The position numbers and the translations under genes are program-made. A stretch of 64,000 nucleotides of DNA from an uncultured delta proteobacterium (GTDB taxonomy: Bacteria; Desulfobacterota; Binatia; UBA9968), in the NCBI GenBank assembly GCA_963737905.1, contig CAVTUQ010000007.1, positions 288,001-352,000 on the forward strand, read 5' to 3'. The notes beneath the pieces are model-generated. The model made no database searches. It was not told the DNA's origin and saw only the letters and a program-made list of their open reading frames with translations. This document shows positions 32,552-43,023 of this stretch, piece by piece. Position 1 is the stretch's first letter. Every line of letters starts with the position of its first letter.

Positions 32552-32797
32552 GTGCCACAATATAGGTTCACGGAATATTTTGAGCACGAGGTTCTCCGCA
32601 AGCGGTCGTATTTGAAGGAAGAAACTGGATGCATTCAGGTTTTGGAGAAGCCAATCAGAAGCGAGCCTCAAGAGGGAAACCGGTATCGGTTTTGGGGCAA
32701 AATCGAGGAGTTTGAAGGGCGAATTCTGAGAGTTATCACATTGGAGGATAAGGTTACGATTCACAACGCTTTTCCAGACAGAGGATTCAAGCGATGA
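32552..32797 (+). CDS. Putative RelE/BrnT-like toxin
   Basis: 81 aa, RILRVITLEDKVTIHNAFPDR; ATGA overlap with the DUF2283 gene. Confidence 0.65.
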   Translation: MPQYRFTEYFEHEVLRKRSYLKEETGCIQVLEKPIRSEPQEGNRYRFWGKIEEFEGRILRVITLEDKVTIHNAFPDRGFKR

Positions 32798-33012
32798 AGC
32801 TCAATTACTATGCCGACACAGACTCGCTGTATATCGACCTTTCTGAGCGGCCGAGCGTCGAAAGTCGAGAGATCACGGAGGGTGTGGTTCTTGACTATGA
32901 TGCCGAAGGGAATTTAGTGGGCATTGACATCGATAATGCTAGTCGAAAGGTTGACCTCAAGAAGCTCACTCTCAACAAGCTGCCAGCGATCATCCAGACA
33001 AACCCAGAATAA
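32794..33012 (+). CDS. DUF2283 domain protein (putative antitoxin)
   Basis: Y..TDSLYIDL...GVVLDYDAEGNLVGIDI.NAS. Confidence 0.85.
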   Translation: MKLNYYADTDSLYIDLSERPSVESREITEGVVLDYDAEGNLVGIDIDNASRKVDLKKLTLNKLPAIIQTNPE

Positions 33013-33078
33013 CCATTGGTGAGATCGATGCCCAGGAACGCGCCTCCCACCTAAAAAGTTTGATTGTCGCCAAAAAAG

Positions 33079-34161
33079 TTAGAGCCCGTACAGCGCCTTG
33101 GCGTTATGGGAGAGGATTTTTTCTTTGATGGCGGCGTCGATCCCTTCCATTCGCTGAAATTCATTTAGCGCGGTGACCGCGCTCGACGGATCGGTGTGGC
33201 CGTAGTCGGTGCCGATCACTAGCCGGTTCTCGCCTGCGTAGCGGACGATGTAGGAAACATCATCGTTGGTCTGGCAGGTGACGAAGACGTTGTATTCCTC
33301 AAACACATTTTCGGGGAACTTCCGTCCCGCCACCCGATAGCGAATGGCCGCTTCCCGGTAAAGCCACGGCACCCATTGAGCCGAGGCTTCGATGAATCCC
33401 CACCGCAATTTGGGAAACATCGCCGGTATTTCGCTCATGAGGAGACCGAAGCAGGCGGTGACCGTCGGCACGCGAAACTGCGCGAAGCGCCCGGCCGGCG
33501 CAAGCCGGTAGAGATCGCAGCTCTCGGGATTGCCGTTGGCGATGTGGACGGCGATGGCCAGATCTAAATCGCTGGCGGTTCGGTAGATCGGATAGAAATC
33601 AGGATCGGTCAAATGCCGCTCTCCCTCCAAAGGGCGCATGCAGACGGCGGCGGCGCCGTTCTCTTTTGCAAACTTGATCTGGGCTACGGCTTCGTCGATA
33701 TTCAGCGCGGGCACCACACAAGAGTAACGTAGGCGGCCGTTGCTTTTCTTATAGACATCGGCGAGCCAGCGGTTCCAACTCCGGCAAAGCGCCGCTTCGA
33801 CCTCGGGGCGCGTCGTGATCTGTTCTATCCAGAACGTGTTGTGCAGGACCTGAATGTCGATGCCCAACTCGTCCATATGCTTCAATCGTACGTCGACGTC
33901 GTCTAGCTGGCGCGCGGCCTGGGGCGTTGCGATGTTTCTGCCGGCTCGGTCCGAAAAATCTCTGAGCTCCTGCTCCGAGAGTGTCGGGAAACGAAAGCCG
34001 CTGATCTTGTCGTCGATCACCCAGTACTGCCGCGTTTCGTCCTCCGGTGTGTAGAAAAGCCGCGGGCGATATTTCTTTTCCGACGGTTCCAGATAGTCCC
34101 AGGTGTGCTCGGTTTCAATGACATGGGCATCGGCATCAATAATGGGAAAAGAGTTAGCCAT
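33079..34161 (-). CDS. Amidohydrolase-2 family protein
   Basis: DADAH, SWNRWL, IGTDYGH. Confidence 0.9.
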   Translation of the reverse strand: MANSFPIIDADAHVIETEHTWDYLEPSEKKYRPRLFYTPEDETRQYWVIDDKISGFRFPTLSEQELRDFSDRAGRNIATPQAARQLDDVDVRLKHMDELGIDIQVLHNTFWIEQITTRPEVEAALCRSWNRWLADVYKKSNGRLRYSCVVPALNIDEAVAQIKFAKENGAAAVCMRPLEGERHLTDPDFYPIYRTASDLDLAIAVHIANGNPESCDLYRLAPAGRFAQFRVPTVTACFGLLMSEIPAMFPKLRWGFIEASAQWVPWLYREAAIRYRVAGRKFPENVFEEYNVFVTCQTNDDVSYIVRYAGENRLVIGTDYGHTDPSSAVTALNEFQRMEGIDAAIKEKILSHNAKALYGL

Positions 34162-34382
34162 TTTGGTTTCCTCCTCCTTCGCCGTGGTGAGGGCAACGCT
34201 GATTGACGTTAGTTCCGTCGAGTGACACTGTCAAGTCGTGTCCTGATCCGCGTTGACGGCCGAGATCCAAGAAATTTGCCTTGACAGAATTTTTACGACT
34301 TGGGCATATGACAGAAGGTTGGTTTGAAGGCTTCGCCGCAGCGCCATTGCAGGGCCAAAATCGCCTGGTGGAGGTCACTCTT

Positions 34383-35540
34383 ATGAAAAGCGCCTACGGA
34401 CTCAAAATACCCGAGCCTGATTCCGAGCTGACCCGTGTCGGGCCGGGTACGCCCTGCGGCGAGCTGATGCGCCGCTACTGGCAGCCGGTTTGTCCGTCGG
34501 CTGATCTGAAAGATATACCCAAGCGGGTGCGAATTCTCGGTGAAGATCTGGTTGCCTTCCGAGATGGACAGGGCAGGGCGGGTCTGCTCTTTTTTCGCTG
34601 CAGCCATCGTGGCACGTCTCTGGAATACGGCCGGGTTGAAGAGCGGGGGCTCAGGTGTTGCTATCATGGCTGGCTTTACGACGTGGAAGGTAACATCCTA
34701 GAAATGCCGCTGGAGCCTGCTAACAACCCGTTCCTCAAACAGATTCGACATCCCTGCTATCCTGTGAGGGAGTTCGGTGGCTTGGTCTTTGCCTACATGG
34801 GGCCGCTCGACAGGCAGCCAGAGTTTCCCATCTACGATATATGGAAAGAAGAGGGTGGCGTACTCAAGGCCAGAATGGGACCCCGGGTCGGCGGCCCGGT
34901 GAATTGTAATTGGTTGCAAGCCGAGGAGAATCTGATGGACGCGCTGCACACGTTCTGGCTTCACACGCTGCACAGCGGTACTCAGTTTCCCTCCCCGGTC
35001 TATGGCATGGACCCGGACCAGCTGAAATACGAAGAGACCGGGGTCGGAATGCGCTTCGTTCTGACTCGAAAATTACCCAGCGGTAAATGGTGGGATCTTA
35101 TCTGGGAAATGATCATGCCGCTCAACATCCATCTCGTGTACACGGACGAGCCTAAAACGGAGCGCGTGCGCGCGGTGACCTATTGCGTCCCCGTCGACGA
35201 CACGCACCAGCTCGGCGCCAGTATCCGTTGGGTGCCGGATGGCGATCTCGACCAGCCCACCGGGCGCGAACAACTCGCGCCCGGTGGCCGTAAAGACTCC
35301 AGTTACGAATACACCCAGCGTCATCCCGATGACAAAGAAGCGGTGGAAAGCCAGGGCCCCATCGCGCTGCATGGCCTCGAGCATCTCGTCACCTCGGACA
35401 AGGGTGTCATCATGTTCAGACGAATTCTGAGGACTGCAATCCACGCGGTTGCACAAGGCGAAGATCCGAAAGGACTTATCCGCGACGCCTCAACGACAAT
35501 GTTGGTTCAAACTACTGCCGGCAGTCGGGTCAGAGATTAA
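34383..35540 (+). CDS. Rieske non-heme iron oxygenase alpha subunit (phthalate 4,5-dioxygenase-like)
   Basis: LTRVGPGTPCGELMRRYW, CSHRG..CCYHGW Rieske ligands, NWLQ..EN..D..H....H. Confidence 0.9.
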   Translation: MKSAYGLKIPEPDSELTRVGPGTPCGELMRRYWQPVCPSADLKDIPKRVRILGEDLVAFRDGQGRAGLLFFRCSHRGTSLEYGRVEERGLRCCYHGWLYDVEGNILEMPLEPANNPFLKQIRHPCYPVREFGGLVFAYMGPLDRQPEFPIYDIWKEEGGVLKARMGPRVGGPVNCNWLQAEENLMDALHTFWLHTLHSGTQFPSPVYGMDPDQLKYEETGVGMRFVLTRKLPSGKWWDLIWEMIMPLNIHLVYTDEPKTERVRAVTYCVPVDDTHQLGASIRWVPDGDLDQPTGREQLAPGGRKDSSYEYTQRHPDDKEAVESQGPIALHGLEHLVTSDKGVIMFRRILRTAIHAVAQGEDPKGLIRDASTTMLVQTTAGSRVRD

Positions 35541-35665
35541 TCGATTATTAATGTCACGTTATAGTTTTCTATTATTGCCGCCACTGGCCAGACATGCTAG
35601 AGAGGCAGGCATCAACGTCAATACGAGCAACGTTTTTTCAACGTCTTATTCACAAGGAGGGGATC

Positions 35666-36634
35666 ATGATCAGCGCTAACGATCTTCAGGGTGCACTGGC
35701 AATTATGCCGACACCGGCCAGAGAAGGGGCAGACCGCCTCGATGCCACGAATACAGTCGACCTGGACGAGACCGCTCGCCTAGCGGAGACCCTAGTTCGC
35801 GATGGCGCCACCGGTATCATGGCTTTGGGGACGATGGGAGAGTGCGCAACCACTTCCCACAGCGACTATGAGGCCTACGTGGACTGTTTGCTTCAGACCA
35901 TTCGCGGCCGCATCCCGACATTTGTCGGCACCACAGCCCTGGGCGGCCATGAGATCGCCCGGCGTATCCGCTTTGTCAAAGAGCGCGGAGCCACGGGAAC
36001 TCTACTCGGTATCCCCATGTGGCAACCTGCCACTCTCGATATGGCGGTGGAGTTCTACGCTTCTGTTGCCGAGACGTTTCCGGGTTTTCCGATCATGGTC
36101 TACGCCAATCCGCGCGCCTTCCGCTTCGCATTCGGCGTCGATTTCTGGAGACCCATTGTCGAAAAGGCGCCCACGGTCATGTCTGCGAAGTTTTCCAGCA
36201 AAGGTATCCTCCGGGAAGCGGTTGCCGCGACCAAGGGACGGGTGAATTTCGTTCCTCCGGTCGGCCTCGCCTACGAGTTCGCTCAGCTTTCGCCGGAGAC
36301 GGCGACGACCTGTTGGATTCCCGCCGTCGGACCGCAACCGGCCCTGGCGCTCATGAAAGCGCTTGCAGCGCGCGACGGGCAATTAGCCAAGACCGTGGCC
36401 GACGATATCGCCTGGGCTGTCGAGCCTCATCACGCGATTACCGGCTCACAGGACGTTTTCGCTTCGTACAACATCCAGCTGGAGAAGATCCTGATGGGCG
36501 CCTCCGGTTACTGCAAAACCGGTCCCATCAGGCCGCCTTACAACGTCATGCCGGAAGACTTCGCCCGGGCGGCGCGCGAAAGCGGGCAGCGGTTCGCCAA
36601 GCTTCGCGAGAAATACTCGCGGCCACTCGGGTAG
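35666..36634 (+). CDS. DHDPS-superfamily hydratase-aldolase, NahE (trans-o-hydroxybenzylidenepyruvate hydratase-aldolase)-like
   Basis: IMPTP, TVDLDETAR, GTMGECAT, GTTAL, LGIPMW, YANP.AF.F, YNIQLEK, GP.RPPY match the NahE family. Confidence 0.85.
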   Translation: MISANDLQGALAIMPTPAREGADRLDATNTVDLDETARLAETLVRDGATGIMALGTMGECATTSHSDYEAYVDCLLQTIRGRIPTFVGTTALGGHEIARRIRFVKERGATGTLLGIPMWQPATLDMAVEFYASVAETFPGFPIMVYANPRAFRFAFGVDFWRPIVEKAPTVMSAKFSSKGILREAVAATKGRVNFVPPVGLAYEFAQLSPETATTCWIPAVGPQPALALMKALAARDGQLAKTVADDIAWAVEPHHAITGSQDVFASYNIQLEKILMGASGYCKTGPIRPPYNVMPEDFARAARESGQRFAKLREKYSRPLG

Positions 36635-36729
36635 GTTTCATTCGCATTGTTTATGTTAGAACTTGACGACACCGCGTTTCGCTGTACGACACTCAGCATT
36701 TTATCATTTCAAAATGTAGGGGGATTTTT

Positions 36730-37786
36730 ATGAGCACAACCCTGGGACCCATCAATCTTTTTGAATTCGAGACCCTTGCCAAGGAGCGTTTGCCCAAAGA
36801 GGAATACGATTATATCGCCGGCGGAGCGACGGATGAGATCAGCGTCGATCGCAACCGCCGCGCTTATGAGTCCTGGGCCTTGCGGCCGCGCGTGCTGCGC
36901 AACGTGAGCACGCTCGACCTTTCCACAACCGTGGTCGGAACCAAGGTGAACCTGCCGGTTCTTATCGCTCCCTGCGGCGGGCACAAGAGAGCTCATCCCG
37001 AGGGAGAAAGCGCCACGTACCGGGCGGCGGCGGCTTGCGGGACCATCTTCGCCGTCAGCGCCAATTCAAATGTTCCATTTGAAGAATTGGCCAAGGCCGC
37101 GGCGGGACATCTTTGGCTCCAGTTGTATCCGTTTAAGGACCGAGAAGTGACCAAGGACTGGCTGCGCTGCGCCAAGGATTCAGGATACGAGGCCATCTGC
37201 GTCACGTTGGATTCCCAGTGGCCGCCCAAACGCGAGCGTAACATCCGAAATAATTATAAGCGAAGCGGCGGGGCCAACCGCGGCCATACAGAGGAAAAGT
37301 CGCGACGGGCAGGGGCGGGCTCGGATCCCGCAGCGACGTGGAAAGATCTGGAATGGATGAAATCGGCTACGGGTCTTCCCGTGGTTGCCAAAGGAATCAT
37401 GACCGGGGAGGATGTCGATGTCATGCGCGGACGCCGGTGCCGATGCCGTGATCGTCTCCAATCACGGCGGCCGCCATCTCGATAACACGCTGGCGACCAT
37501 CGAGGTGCTTTCTGAGGCCGTCAATGCGGCCAAAGGGCGGACGGAAGTTCTCCTCGACGGTGGTATAAGGCGCGGCGCCGATGTCGTGAAGGCCCTGGCC
37601 CTCGGAGCCAAGGCGGTATTCATCGGCCGTCCGCTGTTTTGGGGTCTCGCGCTTGGCGGCGAGCAGGGCGTAATTCGCGTCCTGGACATTCTCCGCGAAG
37701 AGATCGAAATCACCATGGCCAAATGCGGCAGGCCAACGGTCGCAGACATCGATTCTACCGTGGTTGTCAAGGCGCCGAGCCTATAG
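36730..37786 (+). CDS. FMN-dependent alpha-hydroxy acid oxidase/dehydrogenase (frameshift near 37420)
   Basis: YIAGGA.DE, WLQLY, KGI, SNHGGRHLD, DGGIRRGADVVKALALGA. Confidence 0.9.
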
Positions 37787-37814
37787 ACAATCATGAAAAC
37801 GGAAAGCTGAGGGC

Positions 37815-38828
37815 GTGGCTAAGAAAAGTGCTTTCCTGCTGGTGTCGATAATTCTCAGCTGTCTTTTTCCTGGGCAGGCTGCATCGACAACTAAAATCAG
37901 ACTCAGCCAATCCAACGTGGGCCTCACCGCAGCTCCGCTTTGGGTGGCGACCAGCCATGGGTTTTTTTCCAAATATGGGCTTGAGTTGGAGCCCGTCTAT
38001 GTTCGAAACAGCACAATCCAAATAATGGCACTCACCACCGGGGAAGTTCAGCTGAGCCATACTGGAGGGGCGCCGACGCTCAGTGCGGCTGCCCAAGGCC
38101 ACGATCTTAAAATCGTTGCAACCTTTGGCCACGGAGTCTATTGGGATATCGTCGCGCGGCCGGAGATCCGAACTGCCGGCGAGTTGCGTGGCAAAAACCT
38201 TGGGGTTACAAACATTGGCGGGACCACATGGATCGGCGCTATTCTTGGCCTAGAGCACTTCAACTTAAATCCTGATCGCGATCGTATTCAGCTTCAAGGT
38301 ATCGGCGATCAAACAGTTCTGCTACAGGCATTAAGCTCCGGTCGAGTGGATGCCGTCCTGGTCGAACCCTCCTTTACGCGCGAGCTCAAGAAACGAGGCT
38401 TTAGAGTCTTGGCAGAGCTCTCCAGCGCTAGCATTCCGTTTGCCAGTTCGGGACTAGTGGTCCCGCAAGGCTACTTGAAGAAAGAACCTGACGCTGTGGA
38501 GAATGTATTGAAGGGATTGATAGAGGCCACGGCATTTCTTTATAAACCAGCCAACCGGCAGGTCGTGCTCGGGATTTTATCCGATCGCCTCAAGTTGTCG
38601 GACACGATATCGGCCAAAGAGGCGCTTCAGGATTTTGAAAAGCTCGTGGCGAAAAGACCTTATCCCGATGTGGATGGGCTGCGTAATATCCAACGAGTGA
38701 TGAAATACAATCCGAGTGTAGCGCGAATAAAGGTTGAGAATGTAATCGAAGGGCGCATTTACCGAAAACTGGAAGAAAGTCAATTCATCGATCGTGTGTA
38801 CAATATGAGTGAATCGAAGGAGGCAAGA
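37815..38828 (+). CDS. NitT/TauT ABC substrate-binding protein (no stop before the in-frame amidohydrolase)
   Basis: Signal peptide, GFFSKYGL, LRGKNLGVTNIGG; paralog of the gene at 39961. Confidence 0.8.
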
Positions 38829-39974
38829 ATGGAAGATGCAAAATTTTTCTCGGCGGATTCTCACGTCAACGAGCCCCCTGAAGCTTGGGAGAGAATACCT
38901 AAACAGTTGCGTGAACACGGGCCCCATTTTGTCCAGGATCCGCCAGGCAAGAAAGGTCTTTACATGGTTTTTGATGGTCATGAGCCCGATCCCGTCGGCA
39001 TGACATTTACCGCCGGTCAAGACAAAGCCGGCGGAGGCATTCGTAAAGTGATCGAAACCTTCAAGTGGGAAGACTGGCGCGGTCCGTGGGATCCAGCGGC
39101 ACGCATCGCCGACATGGATTTGGACGGCGTCAAGATGGAAGTTCTTTATCCGAGCATGGCGCGTAACTTTTACAGCCTCAAAGGCGAAGAGATTCCGCTA
39201 CAGAAAGCCGGCTTGGTTGCCTACAATGACTGGATGCGCGATTACTGCGCCGCCGCGCCTAAGCGGCTTATCGGTTTAGGCTTGCTCTCCGCATTAGATG
39301 TCGATTGGTCGTTGGAAGAGATGAAGCGGTGCGCCAAGCTGGGACTGAAGGGTGTTGTCTTACCATCGCAATTGCCGGACGGCATCAGTTATGCGGATCC
39401 TAGTTTTGATCCGCTGTGGACGGCTGCGCAGGATATGGATTTCCCGCTGCACTTCCATATCAACATCATCCAGGGAAGAGACCGGATGGCGGCACGGCTC
39501 AAAGTGATTACTAAACTTCAACAAGGGCGGAACGCGGTGCGCCGCGGCATCCTAGAGCCTTTGAATCTGCTCACTGATCTGGTGTTCGGTGGGGTGCTCG
39601 AACGTTTTCCGCGACTGCGCTTCGTCCTCGCGGAATATGACGTTTCCTGGCTGCATCCGTTCATCAGTAAAATGGACGGTACGCTACAGAGGGCCCGTTC
39701 CGAATCGCCGGACTCGCCCACCGTTGCCGCGCTCCCCAGCGAGTGTATTCGACGCCAGGTTTATATCACTTTTCAGGAAGATCGAGTCGGGGTGTTGGGA
39801 GCGGAGGTTTTCAACATGATCGATAACTACATGTGGGCGAGCGATTATCCGCACGGCGGCTCGACATGGCCGCGCTCTAAAGACGCCGTTGCGAGGCAAT
39901 TCAAAGGCGTTCCGGAACCGATCGAACGGAAGCTAACGTGGGATAACGCCGCCAAATTTTATGGCGTTCAATAA
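38829..39974 (+). CDS. Amidohydrolase-2 family protein
   Basis: Own RBS (AAGGAGG) before ATG 38829; SADSH, AYNDW, WASDYPH. Confidence 0.88.
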   Translation: MEDAKFFSADSHVNEPPEAWERIPKQLREHGPHFVQDPPGKKGLYMVFDGHEPDPVGMTFTAGQDKAGGGIRKVIETFKWEDWRGPWDPAARIADMDLDGVKMEVLYPSMARNFYSLKGEEIPLQKAGLVAYNDWMRDYCAAAPKRLIGLGLLSALDVDWSLEEMKRCAKLGLKGVVLPSQLPDGISYADPSFDPLWTAAQDMDFPLHFHINIIQGRDRMAARLKVITKLQQGRNAVRRGILEPLNLLTDLVFGGVLERFPRLRFVLAEYDVSWLHPFISKMDGTLQRARSESPDSPTVAALPSECIRRQVYITFQEDRVGVLGAEVFNMIDNYMWASDYPHGGSTWPRSKDAVARQFKGVPEPIERKLTWDNAAKFYGVQ

Positions 39975-40999
39975 TTGCTTTTTGGGTCTTCTCCTTATTT
40001 TCCTTGGCCCAGTGCCGCCGCTTTACGCGGTTCAGGTTGTTCAAAAAAGCGCTCCGCCGATTCTCAATAAGATTCGGATAAGCCAGTCCGCGGTGAACAC
40101 CAGATCGGCGGTTCTTTGGATTGCGCAGGGTCAAGGTTTTTTTGCTAAAAACGGCCTCGACGTTGAAACGATTTACTTGCGCAGCAGCAACCTACAAATG
40201 GCGGCGATGGCCACCGGAGATGTTCAGATCGGCAGCAGCGGCGGCGCGCCCGTTCTTTCCGCGGTGTCGGGAGGACAAGATTTAAAAATCGTGGCAACTC
40301 CAGGCAATCGCCTGGCTTACGATATTGTGGTCCGGCCGGAGATCAAGGAACCGAAGGATCTTCGTAATAAGCGGTTCGGGGTGACGAATATCGGTGGCAC
40401 AACCTGGATGGCGGCCTTGCTTGCCTTGGAGCATATGGGCCTAGATCAGCGCCGGGATCAGATCAAGATCAATGCCATTGGCAATCAGACGATTCTTGCC
40501 CAAGCGATCGAGGCCGGGACCATCGATGCGACCCTGCTTGATCCGTTTCTAAGCCGGCGACTGAAGCAGAAGGGGTTGCCAACCCTTGTAGAGCTTTACC
40601 GCGCAGGAGATCCCATTCGTTAATACCAGTGTCGTCGTCAATGGTGCGTTCTTGAAGCAGCGTGCCGACGCCGTCGAGAATGTACTCAAGTCGCTTATCG
40701 AGGCCCAGGCTTTTATCGCTTCGCCCAATAACAAAGCTGCCGTCATTAAGACCGTGATGCAGCATATGCAAATTACGGATCCCGCTATGGCGGAAGAAGG
40801 GTATCAAGATTTGCTCTTCGGTATTGAGAGAAAGCCCTATCCTTCTGCCGATTCCTTGCGCAATGTCCAGCGGATCATGGCATTGCTGAATCCAAAAGTC
40901 GGCAGTGTCAAAGTCGAAGAAATCATCGACAGCCGTTTTATTCGAAAATTGGATGAAACCGGCTTTATCGATGGCGCTTACTCGGGAAGCAAAAGGTAG
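39961..40999 (+). CDS. NitT/TauT ABC substrate-binding protein (frameshift near 40605)
   Basis: ORFs 39961 and 40652 join; GFFAKNGLDVE, FIRKLDETGFID. Confidence 0.82.
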
Positions 41000-41040
41000 C
41001 GAAAGAGCTCTTGGAGGTCAGGATTGATGGAAGGAAAGAT

Positions 41041-42351
41041 GTGAATCTGTCTTCGAAGCTCGCTGAGTTTACCGTTGGCTTTCAGTTAGACGCGGTCCCT
41101 GCGAAAGCCCTGGAAAACGCAAAGGTCGCAATTCTCGACTGTCTGGGCGTTGCAGTTCTGGCAACGACGCAGGAGATAGGAACGATTCTGTTGAACTTCG
41201 CGCGCAACAACGTCGGCACCGGTCCCTGCACAATCTGGGGCACAGCGCTGAAAACCACGCCGCGCGACGCGGCGCTTATCAACGGAACTCTGGCTCATGG
41301 CCTCGACTACGATGATAGAAATCATTCTTCGACCTATACCCTCGCGGCGTCGTTTGCCGCCGCTGAAGCTCGTGATTTATCCGGAGCAAAATGCTTGAAG
41401 GATTCATCGCGGGCAGAGAAGTCCGCTCGGCCTTGGACGGGCTATTTTCGAAACGTTCCAGCGGCATCGGACCGGGCGCCAGAGGATGGCATTCCAACGG
41501 TATTCTCGGACCCCTCGCCGCTGCGTGTTCGGTGAGCAAAATATTCGACCTGAGTTTGCAGCAGACACGAACAGCCATCGGATTGGCGGCTGGTTCTTGT
41601 GGGGCTTTGACCCGCGACGGCGGCACCATGGCTAAACCTTTTCGCGTCGGCCAAGCCGCCGCTACCGGAATGACCTGTGCGCTTTTGGCGAAAGAAGGTT
41701 TTACCAGCGATGATTCAGCGCTGGAAGGACGATATGGTTTGATTGAAGCCTTGGGCCCGATTCCCGAAGAGATCTTAAACGACCTGGCAAGCAATTTAGG
41801 AAAAAGATTCGACCTCGAGACGGTCGGAGTCAACGTGAAACCCTTCGCTTCGTGCACGGCGACGCACTCGGGATTAGAGGCGATGCTCAGAATGATGGAC
41901 AAGAACTCGATTCTCCCTGCTGATGTTGAATCGATTGAAGCTGACCTGAAGCCTTATCCACTGGTGCGACAAAAGCCAACACGAGGCTTCGAGGGAAGAT
42001 TCAGCATGCCTTTTTGCCTTGCGATGACGCTGATCCATCGGTCCGTTGATCCAGGCGACTTCACCAATGAACGTTTGTTTGAGCCTCTGGTTCAGCAGTT
42101 AATCTCCCGCACCCACCATGTGCCCGACTCACCTGTGCTCACTGTCATTTTGAAGAGACGGTACGAGAATCACTGAACCGATTCAGCCGCATACAAACCT
42201 CAAAGGCTGGGCTGCCGTAAGTGAAAAGTTTCAAAAATCTGTGGCCGGTGGCCTCAACACAGATCAACAACAAAAAATATTGGCATTGGTTTCTCGCTTG
42301 GACGAGCTGCCATCAACAGCAGAGTTGGCACGAAACCTCTGTGCCGCATAG
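41041..42351 (+). CDS. MmgE/PrpD family protein (frameshifts near 41390 and 42155)
   Basis: ILDCLGV, AALINGTLAHGLDYDD, GWH, GTMAKP, KPFASC..TH, RFSMPF. Confidence 0.85.
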
Positions 42352-42515
42352 AAGAACGTTGGGACATTGATTACTTCCCGATGGATCATCATGGCCAACT
42401 CCGGCTGGCCCATTCAAGGCCCACAAAGGCGGGCGCGTATTTGACAGGCTGAAACGCGACGTTGACAGCCAAACGTTATGCTTCTAAACTCGATTCGTTA
42501 CTGGAGCGCAAAACC

Positions 42516-42893
42516 ATGGGTTTGACTTTCATCGACGTTATTATTGCGAACCCGGGCAACCCGAGGAGAGCCAAGAAAGTTAGCTTGCTCGTGGACTCCG
42601 GCGCCATTTACTCGGTAGTTTCCAAGGAGGTTCTGCGTCAGCTTGGAGTGAAGCCACACTCGACAAAGACCTTTACTCTCGCGGACGGCTCGGAGATCCG
42701 CCGTAAAATAGGCGATGCAACCTTCAAGCTAAATGGTCATCAAGGAGCTTCGCCAGTCATATTCGGTGAAAAGGGAGACAGTGCGTTGCTGGGGACAGTG
42801 TCGCTTGAAGCTTTGGGTTTGCTGCTTGATCCGATCCGTCGCGAGCTGCGTCCTTTGCCGATGGTACTTGGGTCGCAGAAGCCGCGCTCGTGA
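42516..42893 (+). CDS. Clan AA (retropepsin-like) aspartyl protease
   Basis: LLVDSGA, LADG, ALLG...LEALGL.LDP. Confidence 0.85.
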   Translation: MGLTFIDVIIANPGNPRRAKKVSLLVDSGAIYSVVSKEVLRQLGVKPHSTKTFTLADGSEIRRKIGDATFKLNGHQGASPVIFGEKGDSALLGTVSLEALGLLLDPIRRELRPLPMVLGSQKPRS

Positions 42894-43023
42894 CAGTTCT
42901 TCTGCTCCTAGTTCGGCCAATACCTGATCTCTGTGTTCTTTTCGTTTTTTTCGGTGCCGTATATCTTCCGTCACTGCCCGCGGGTTTCCTTAGCCAACCA
43001 AGACTAACGACGAAACGCATGAC

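Noticed and set aside
42516-42893. Retroelement inferred from the retropepsin-like protease
   Set aside because: Stand-alone clan AA proteases are common in bacteria, and no reverse transcriptase is nearby
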